A stretch of 64,000 nucleotides of DNA from Chlorokybus atmophyticus (lineage: Eukaryota; Plantae; Mesostigma and Chlorokybus algae), in assembly GCA_009103225.1 (NCBI GenBank), contig RHPI01002069.1, forward strand, positions 397,378-461,377, in the 5' to 3' direction. The notes beneath the pieces were generated by a model. It was not told the DNA's origin, made no database searches, and saw nothing but the letters and a program-made list of their open reading frames with translations. This document shows positions 1-9,252 of the stretch, piece by piece (position 1 is the first letter of the stretch; the number at the start of each line of letters is the position of its first letter). Made by a program: the position numbers and the translations under genes.

Positions 1-215
1 GGGGGGGGGCAGCAATAAGTGCATGCCAAGTAGACTGTGCATACGGGGTGCTGAATGTGCTGGTGTTCACTTGTGTTGCTGCTGCTGGTGCTGTATGCGC
101 CGTGCTGGGTGCTCACTTGTGGTGTTGCTACTGGCAATTAGTGCACCTGTTGAAGAATGATCCTGCTGACAGGTTGAGACGCTTTGGTGCCAAGGTTTGT
201 TCTGGCTACAAGTAG

Positions 216-414
216 TTGCGCTTGCTGATGAGTCCACAGCAACTCGCCAGTTGCGTAGCAGAGGGGCTCGACAGGAGGAGATGGCAAGCATGTACTAGGG
301 AGAACGTGAACGCCTTCTTTGACCTGTACCTGCAGACACTTGAAGACTTAGGCATTGACGACCCAACCCGGATTTATAATGTAGATGAGACTGGGTTTGA
401 GCCTGATAACCTTG
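216..414 (+). pseudogene. pogo/Tigger/Fot1-like DDE transposase, exon with first catalytic Asp; followed by an intron holding nested TEs
   Basis: Translation TRIYNVDETGF matches the N.DETG motif of DDE_1 transposases. GT donor at 415 (cttg|gtaaga). Confidence 0.8.
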
Positions 415-954
415 GTAAGATACGCATACCTTGCATGCCGTTTGTAACGGGAAGGCACATTAAATTACCACAAATTGACCATAAAAGCACCAAGTCTTTT
501 GTGGTCGAGTGGGCTGTGACATTGGTCATCGGAGCTTGAGACCCGGGTTGGATTCCTGCCTTGCACACGAATTCCGCGGTCGTTGTTTCTCGATCCAGTA
601 TCATCGTAAATGGTTATAAGTGCCATCGATGGGTCGCGACTTGCCTAATGGCAGTCGCGCCGGCGTTCAGTTGGCGCGGCAGAACGCGACCTGGCTGACG
701 CGATGCGACCTGTGGGGCCGGCAGCGGTGCGCTATGCGCGCGCTGACCGGTATGGGCCTAAATTGGTCGGTCCTTGGGCGGTGAGGCCGGTGACCGACCA
801 TAATAAGACCCCTGGGAAAATTCCCCGGCTGATGGGAACCAGCTGCCGAGGACGTCAGCGTTCTTAAGTGGGGGAATGTAACGGGAAGGTACATTATATT
901 ACCACAAATCGACCATAAAAGCACCAAATCTTTCACACCGATTGACGTCAAAGG

Positions 955-1612
955 ACCATGAATGGTCCGTACCTCTGGACCGGGATTGTCTCCTGCTAAG
1001 TGAAATTGGTGGACCATATATGGTCGGACTGTCAATGACAGTCGGACCATGCATGGTCCAAACCTCATATGAACGGTCCCATGTTTTTTTGGGGTCGCAC
1101 CATGTATGGTGACCTGTTTGTATAAGTTTGCAAGGACCATGTATGGTGCAATGCCCCCTGGCGCAGAAGACCAGGCATGGTTTGTTACTTCCACATGTCT
1201 GGTGATCGACAGTCGCACCATGCACGGTCCATGGATACGGACCGGAAGTCTTTGTTCAAACTAACATATTTCAGACCATGCATGGTGCGCTGCCCTCCTG
1301 GCTCAGTGGACCATTTATGGTGCCAGTCTGATCGACAGCCGCACCATGCACGGTCCATAGATACGGACTTTGTTGTGCATATGTGGTCCACAAGCGGTAC
1401 CATGCATGGTCCTAACAGACAACGCACCATACATGGTCTGATTGACAGTCGCACCATGCATGGTGTATCATGATGTCACAGCCATTGAAGCCATGCATGG
1501 TCCACAAGCGGCACCATGTCTGGTCCTAACAGACAACGCACCACATGGTCTGATTGACAGTCGCACCATGCATGGTGTGTCATGATGTCACAGCCATTGA
1601 ACCCATGCATGG
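955..1612. repeat. Left subterminal repeat array of CACTA (ACCATGCATGGT palindromes; ~113-bp tandem duplication at ~1385-1610)
   Basis: Repeated (G/C)ACCATGCATGGT and variants at ~1046, 1136, 1275, 1399, 1452, 1492, 1565 and 1603. Confidence 0.85.
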
Positions 1613-1796
1613 TCTTAGCACTGGTGCCTGCACCGTGCCCGGTGCATACAATCCGACACGCATGCAATTCTCAGAAATGCTGTAATGGACTGTCAAACGA
1701 CAGCCCATCAGTGTCAAGCCAGTGAGACTGTAGCTATAGTCTCCTACATGCACTTCAAGCTGCGGTTACAGGAGGTAACAGGAGCAGCTAACAACA

Positions 1797-2594
1797 TCAG
1801 TCTCTTGTGTTGCCAGCACCTTCGCCTGGAAGCCAGACTTGTGCTCTCCCTGGTTGATTCAGCCCCAATGTGAAGACACCCGCGACAGCCTTGCTCAACA
1901 GCATCTCTTGCAAACACTCAGCGAGTGCTTGTTGAGCTCTGCACAACAACTGTACTGTCACGTGCTTACACAAACAGTAACTTGACCATAGCACAGGAAA
2001 CCACCCACCTAAGAGGATGACGAGGGCTGTCGCGTCCACTGCCTCTTGGGTCGGAATGGCTTTCTCTTCTTTGCCTCGCTCAAAAGCCCTGCATTGTACC
2101 AAATCATCACTCTTGAAAACCAGCAAAGGACTGTCGTTAACTTGCTGCAGTGAAGTATGCATACCTGGTAGTTTGCGATTGGATCCCCACTCGCACCCTC
2201 CTTCAACATCTTTGTTGGACACCAACCACTTTTTCCTGGCAGCAAAGCTGACAATGGCTCTCAAGATCAGCTCGTCTGGCACACGCTCCATTCGGTCGGG
2301 GTTCTTGAATGCCAGCTGGTGACCATTGTGGAACAGCGTGTGCTCGATGTGGTGGTAGTACTCATACATGTCCATTGCCTCCTCTCTGGTGGGGGCGTTG
2401 GGCTTGGTGTTGCACACGATCCCCGCTGCAGTTCGCAAGTCCATGGCGGCGGCTTCTTCATCTTCACAGTCAGAGATCGCCCCAGCAACCTGCCTAGGAC
2501 CTAAAGTTGTCAGTGCAGTCCATTGGCGACTGTCAATACCATTGACAGTCTGCAGTGCGTTGATGACTGTCAAGAACTGCAACATGTAATGCAC
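1797..2594 (-). CDS. CACTA cargo ORF, unknown function (probably an exon of a spliced minus-strand gene spanning ~1.8-4.3 kb)
   Basis: 265-aa ORF with globular-looking composition. No motif recognised. Confidence 0.4.
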   Translation of the reverse strand: MHYMLQFLTVINALQTVNGIDSRQWTALTTLGPRQVAGAISDCEDEEAAAMDLRTAAGIVCNTKPNAPTREEAMDMYEYYHHIEHTLFHNGHQLAFKNPDRMERVPDELILRAIVSFAARKKWLVSNKDVEGGCEWGSNRKLPGMHTSLQQVNDSPLLVFKSDDLVQCRAFERGKEEKAIPTQEAVDATALVILLGGWFPVLWSSYCLCKHVTVQLLCRAQQALAECLQEMLLSKAVAGVFTLGLNQPGRAQVWLPGEGAGNTRD

Positions 2595-2879
2595 TTTGCG
2601 ACTGTCAAAGCGTGATCAATGGCTGCATTGGCGACTGTTCATCATGTGACAGCAGCCTAACAACAGCCCTTATTAACTCCTGTGTCTGTGCTGTGCCTGG
2701 CTGCGGGCGTAGGCAGCCGGTCCTTGATGCAACCCGGCACCGCAATGCGCTCATCGTTAGCGCATGCCTCACAGGGGCAGATGCCTCCGCTGGCCAAGAA
2801 CATCACGGGCCACTCCATCTCCCTGCCCTGCATGTTGTTGTGTTTAACACAAGAAATGCTCATACACTACACCATACAG

Positions 2880-4326
2880 TCACAGCAGGAGCATGTGCAT
2901 ATCCACAGCAAGCAATGTACCTCCAGAGTAAGCCCACCATGGCAGCTGCTTGTCGGCGTGCCATATACCGGTATTGTCGCCGTCACGGCCATGTCCAACA
3001 TTGCCCCATCGCAGGGAATGTATGCCGTCAGCAGTTGGTATGAATAGCCCACTTGGCGCACGCAAGGCCGCGAGAAAATGCCTTTCTTTCACAGGTAGTT
3101 GAACGGCAAGGTTGCCATCCTCACTTCTCATTGCCATCCAGTGGTTAACAGAGACTAGATACGTGCGCATTGGTTGGTCTGGCTCGCATACGGAATCGAT
3201 GGTGGCGACGCCAACAACTACTGCGTTGTTGCAAATGTCGAACACCTGATCTTCAGCAAATCCGTCCGCACCCCTGTCGTGACACGCAGAGTAGCATTCA
3301 GAGTAGCAGGCACCATGTGTTAAGCCAGTATGCATGGAGGCAGCAGCTCAGCAAAACAGTACAACAGGACCGACAGTCGACCGACAGCACCATGGTTGCT
3401 TACCTCTTTTTTAGCCAAGTGGCCCGGTACTCAGCGTTTGTGAGAGGAAGAGCGGTTAAAGGCGCAAGCATGACCACCTGCTGGTTGGCCCTCATGTCCC
3501 TCCCCAGACAAAATGTCATGCCCCAGCCAGCTCCAGCTTGAGCAGCGCGGCTGCCTTGTGCAGCTTCTCTGTCGCTGCCACGCCTTTGCTTCTTGGCCTC
3601 ATTGCGTTCTTGGACGCTCTTCCCGGTACCACTGCCGCGCTTCGCGCCAACGGAGTACTGCAGCACCAGTACATGCTGCTTGATTTGTGCTGCAACACAA
3701 GCAGATAAGAGTACAGCAAAGTACTAACGGCAAGGACTGTCAACGGCAAGACAGCTCCAATACAGCATTTTCAGCTGTTGGAAGATGGCATCTAGCAGAA
3801 GACAGCCTCAAAGACAGCATATCGCAACTGATCAATGAATCAACAAGCACAAACACAGCAACCAGGGCAAGGACTGTCAACGGCAAGACAGCTAAGCAGA
3901 CAGTGAGTGAACTGAAAGCTGAACGACACGCTTGAAAGCTCACTTCAACACAGCTGAATTCAAGTTTCTGTCAAACCGCAGATGTCACCAAGAAAGCAGC
4001 TCACCTTTTGTCCACGTGAGCGTGTGGTTTGCGTCAAAGACCAGTGGAAGTGACTGCTGCAAGACCGCCTCGCATACTTCGTCGAGCTCCTGCCGGTGCT
4101 CGGCATTCATCTTGAAGTCCTTGCCCTTCATACCTTGAGGTAGTGGCCACTTGCTTAACATCTCCTTCTTCAGCTTCTCCAGGTTGACCATCAGCGTTGT
4201 GCGCATATGCTTGTACTCCTCCTTCATCAAGAACTGCTGGCCTGTCACCTGGCCCAGCAAATAGTTGCCCTTGGCCTTGAAGCAATCAGCTGCAGCAGGC
4301 AGTTGGCTGCCCTCCCCAATAGCCAT
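2880..4326 (-). CDS. Further probable exons of the unknown minus-strand CACTA cargo gene (ORFs 2880-3335 and 3985-4326)
   Basis: Protein-like ORFs (e.g. EEYKHMRTTLMVNLEKLKKEMLSKW; DQVFDICNNAVVVGVATIDSV) on the same strand, separated by intron-like DNA. Confidence 0.35.
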
Positions 4327-5007
4327 AATGTCAGCTGAACAGCCTGAACAAGCAACCGAACTTAGTGCACAGACAGTGACTCAGCGCACAATCAACAAGG
4401 CATGCAAGCTTCAAAGCAAAACACCTTTCAGGTAAGCGCTGACAGCTCAAGCAGCAAACCACAAACGACTAGTGCAATTTTTCAAGCAACACACAACCAG
4501 GGCGCATGCAAACTCGCAAGCGAACTCACTACTCACTCACTAGGACTGTCAAGTCCTATTGTGTTCCATATGGACAGTTGCACGAGGCGCACAAGCATTG
4601 TGACCGCCGCACAAGCCGCAATTGTGCAGTGCCAAGTGCAGTGCGACACAGTCAATGGCACTCACAAAGCTAGCGACGCGGCTGTCAATCCCTAGACTCA
4701 CCTTATATCTTGGGGTTGTCATTTATTGTCGTCGAATCGACGCCACGTCGAATCGACGCCAAACGCACTGCTAGCAACAAATTGCGTAGAATTTACAAGG
4801 CGGCTGTCAAGGGTTAGCAGTGTTAGGGCTAGGGACTCACCAACTTGGCGGCTGTCATTGATGGGACATCATAGATTGGACGGGAGGTTGGCGGCGTACA
4901 TAGCCGTTGCATGGTCTCGCTGGTAAAGTTTGATATTGTTGTGGTTGTGGTGGTTGTGGTTGTGGTTATGGGTGTAGCTCAGGGCGCAGGGTGAAGCGAG
5001 GAGAGGT

Positions 5008-5780
5008 GTGCGGAGCTGTGAGGAGTTGTACAAGACAGTCGCTAAGAGAAGGATTGCCAGGCAGTTGGACATCATGGAACGAAGGCGGGCGTCCACAGGG
5101 GCGCCGTTTATTTGGGGCTGCCCGTTCTGCATGTGCAATGTGCAAGCTGGTCACCGTGATGCAAGGGGTCAACCAACTGGGGGAGAGACCAAGCCCACCA
5201 AAATCGGACAGCACTTCAACACGCAGGTGTGCCGATGCGTGCGCATGATCAACAACCGGGGCGGTAGGGAGGACCAGGATGTGTGCAAGGCTATGGGGCT
5301 TCAATACCAGCAAGCCATCAAGGTAAGAACGTTTAACAATCAAGACTGTTTACGACATGCATAGGCTGTCAATGCTCTGTGCTAAGGCGCATCGCGCATC
5401 GCATTGACAGTCGCTGCTGGGATCCTGTGCATGTCACTTGCTATGCATGATGTTGTTTTGTTCTATCAGCCTAGTTATCAACTTACATTTGCGTGACATG
5501 TCCCATTGCACGAGAAACTCACCAGCAGCGTGTTGCAGAAGGATCAATTCCCGGCCCACCCTCACCCACATGTCGCGGTGCTGAAGTACTACAAAATGGC
5601 AGAAGTCATGGCCATCCCAGGATGGGTGAGTTGATGCATTTGTACACCAATTATCGCGGCATTCTTACTTACCCAAGGTTACAGACGCAAGAACTGTGGG
5701 ACGAAGCGGGACGGCTGTCAAGGCAGTATATCTTTTGGCCTCGCAATACGCAGTTGGAGGTGGAAGAGGAGCAAGCGGAG

Positions 5781-5838
<58 letters not shown>

Positions 5839-6060
5839 AGCCGGAAGAAAGCGAGGAGGCAGACTCGGAGGAGACTGCAGATGTCTCAACAAGTTCATCA
5901 TTGCGTAAATCCTCCGCACAACAACGCGGCAAAGGACCTGCGGTAGATCCCAAAGAAGAGTTCCGTGCAGCTCTTCAAGAGATGCAGAGGTTTGAAGTGA
6001 AACGCTACAGTTCCACGGGCACCACACAGCCACCCAACCTGTCGGACGACATCTTGAGGG
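5008..6060 (+). CDS. 5' exons of plus-strand cargo gene: Cys/His cluster exon (5008-5322) and poly-Q/acidic exon (to 6060)
   Basis: ORFs end at GTAAG donors (5323, 6061). CPFC-x27-H-x5-C cluster. CAG/CAA poly-Gln at ~5785-5835. Confidence 0.45.
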
Positions 6061-6724
6061 TAAGCATATGTCTTGAATTACCCCCCCCNCCGGCTTAGAG
6101 AACTGTCAAGCAAGACTGTCATCTGTCATGAGTGTTGAGGATTGTTAAGCAAGACTGTCATCTGTGTGGCTCTCAAAGCATTGCAACTGACCACTGCTTT
6201 AAACAGACTGACAATGAGATTCCCAACCTGAAGCTCATCCTGATGAAGGTATTACATGGGTGATGCTTGTATCCGGTCAGCTTGCCCTTCATACAGGAGT
6301 CGAGGGCCGAAGGTACCAGGAAGAAGCGCGTGGACTTCAGACTTAGCAAGACGATCGAGTCATGACGGACTCCGGAGCAGGCTGCTTAGTAGAGCCTTGG
6401 GAGAAATCGCGTAGCTTTGTGAATACGTAAGCTTAGCAGGCGTGGCTTAGCTTGTTGAAAAGCTCTGGTTGTGAGCTAGACAGCGTAGCTTACAGAACAG
6501 CAATTGGCTGAGTATAGCGCACGCGGTGCTTGCCAATGTAGACGTGTGTAGAGACTGGCGGGGTATAAAGCCCAGACTTGTTGCAATGAAGATAAGAGGT
6601 CACGATGTAGCATGTGTGCGGATGCTATAGCGGCAGTAGCAGTCATGCTCTTGTGTTGATGTTGTTGGCGTGTCACTTGCACGTGTGTATGTCAACACAT
6701 CCATCGTGGAGCTGGAGACAAGCA

Positions 6725-7327
6725 CCAGCTGTGGCGGTTGAACTATTTGAGCGATGTGAAAGCATCCACAAGCATTCCGGTCAAAGAGGAGTTCAAGTAT
6801 CACCTGCACAACTGGGAGATCAAGGACTCCACAATCACTGGTGTTAAACTGGGACTGTTTGCCCGCCAGGACATAGCGAATGGTGCGTGCACGTGTATAC
6901 GCGATGTGTTTGTGTATACACCTGTGCTTATAACTGATGACCTGTGTGCAACTTTGCAGAGGAGTACCTGATGCCATACGACGGCAAATGGTTCACATAC
7001 CAGGAGCAGCGGGATGTCTTCCGCAGTTGCCAGCTAACAACCTGCTTTCAACACCACAGACGATATCACGTCAACCTGTTCCCGCCAAAAAAACCCAACA
7101 AATATTGGGTTGTTATCGATGGCCACCCCCGCACTGGCAATGTGGCAGCTTACATCAATTCCGTACACGGGCAACAATGTGAGCCCAACGCCATGCTCTG
7201 GTCGGACTTCGATGACGCTGGCAAGCCAGCTGTCACTGTGTATGCGATCAAGGACATACAGGCAGGAGAGGAGCTACCACTGGACTACGACCCTTTCCGT
7301 GGGCCACCTGATGGGCAGACAGACAAA
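6725..7327 (+). CDS. SET-domain (lysine methyltransferase-like) exons within the CACTA
   Basis: Spliced across intron ~6883-6959: LGLFARQDIANG-EEYLMPYDG ... GNVAAYINS..CEPN ... AIKDIQAGEELPLDY. This matches SET motifs I, III and IV; the canonical NH of NHS is NS here. Confidence 0.8.
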
Positions 7328-7440
7328 GTAAGTGGTTGCATTGTTGCATGCATGCTTGCTTGTTAGGCAGCTGACAATGCCAGACTGTCAATGCAGACTG
7401 TCAATCTGTTACAGGACACTAACTGGCCTTTTGGTTGCAG

Positions 7441-9021
7441 ACCCAACTGTGGAGAATGGAAGATGTTGCGCAGAAGTTTGTATATGGCTGGGGGCTGGCC
7501 ATGGAGGACGCTATGTGGCTGGTAACGAGCAAGGCGCCAAGGGAGCCGGGCGAGAGTGCCAGGGGGTATTCCAGGCGGTTGCTCACCCGTGCTGTCAAGC
7601 TGAAGCGCACCAGATCAATGGTAAGTTATGTATTTTTGTAGAGGCAGTGCATGTACATTGACAGTCCCTTTTTACAGTCTGTTGTTGGCATGCAAATCGC
7701 CGTGCAGTTCGTGAACTGCACCGCGGATTGCATGCCAACAACCAATAGAGTATGCACGTCTGTCGCCAAATAGACCCTGAAGCTCATGTCCAGCGCCAAA
7801 TATCTGTTCACTTCTGTAAAGCTGTGCATGACGCTGCCTATGAAATGAAAGAGGCAGCAAACAGACAAGTAGACGACCTCAAAGAAGTCATTAGAGACTT
7901 AGAGCTACGGATTACACAAGAGAATGTGCTCAGGGTACGTTGCCATGTAGGCCACCAAACATTCCACACAGAGCCCTAACTTGTTACCTTTGTCTGCAGG
8001 AGAAAATGGCCGCCATCTACATCAAGACAGTCGAGGCGCACCAAGCTCAGACACTTGGCGTGGCTGCCAGAGAGAAAGCTCTTACCCGGCAGGCTGTATC
8101 GCTTGAACTGCAGCAGGAGGAAAGGGAAAAGCATTAGGAGAAGAAGATAATAGCTATTCCTCAAAAAGGCTGGAAGAAGCTCCTCTTCGAGGAGATGCAA
8201 GACGCGCTGCGTGTCATCGTCAACGAGCAGATCGAGCACGAGGAGAAGAAGGAGGAGCAGGACAAGGAGGCTGATGCAGCACGTGCATTGGAAGCCATGA
8301 CGGAGCCTTCCACTGCGGCTCAGGCGGTGCCTGCTAGGCCTGAACCTGTGAACCCCATGAGGGATATAGAGATTGATTCGCATCCCCTGTGGACTTGGCT
8401 CGAGCGCGCCAACATGCGTCCACCCACCACTGGTCCAAGGCCCATACGGTCTGACAGGGCAAAGGACAGTCCCCCTCACAGTCCCACTCACAACCCCTAT
8501 GGCCCACCGTCCCCTCCCCCTCACAATCCCCATGGCCCACCGGCACCTCCCCCTGGTACTAGTATGCCAGCTGGCACCAGTACGCAAGCCCCAGACCCTC
8601 CACGTGTTGACAGTCCCAAGCTACCGAGAACAGCAGGTCCCCCTCCTCTAACTCCACCACCGTCCAAAAAGCAGCGCCAGGACCTGCCAGCAGCCACAGA
8701 AGGAACTCCACAATCAACCACGCCATCAACTGGTCAGTCCACCCCTACCGAACCTTGCAGCTATCAACCTTGCAGCTATCAGGCTCTTCGTTCAGAGAAC
8801 GTCTGCGAAAAGTTGTCGCAGGTCCGACACCACCAGCGAATACGCCAACACCAAGTACGCCACAGGGCCGGCCGCCTCTACCTCTGCAAAATGTCACCCG
8901 AGACCTGACTCCCGGCGCTGAGCCCGAGGCGCTTGTGAAGATACGAGAAGCCGATAGCGTGCACGCCGCCGACCTCGACGCTGCATTGCAAGCCGTGCAA
9001 AATCTGGCATCTGCAGCAAAG
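7441..9021 (+). CDS. Middle exons of the plus-strand cargo gene (helical, then Pro-rich linker); contains TAG at 8135 and a frameshift near 8750
   Basis: Exons bounded by AG/GT with compatible phase 0 (7441-7621, ~7749-7935, 8000-9021). Confidence 0.45.
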
Positions 9022-9252
9022 GTATAGTTTATAAACACATGGGCTGTCAACAAGGCTTGCAGCATACAGTTTGCGCCCGCATGGGCACAAACTGTTGACG
9101 ACGACCATTGAGGACCGTCAACAGTTTGTGCCCATGCGGGCGCAAACTGTTGACAGTCCTCAATGGTCGTCGACGACTGTCACAGAGTTTGATGCATGTT
9201 GGCAATGCTCTGCTGGCTAGTGTGTGGACTCACTTCTTGTTTTGTTGCTGCA

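Noticed and set aside
495-570. Functional tRNA gene
   Set aside because: A and B boxes are present, but there is no pairable acceptor stem and the anticodon arm is not conserved between the two TRIM copies.
955-1612. CRISPR-like look of short palindromic repeats
   Set aside because: Irregular spacing, repetitive spacers, eukaryotic context and position next to TIRs indicate CACTA subterminal repeats.
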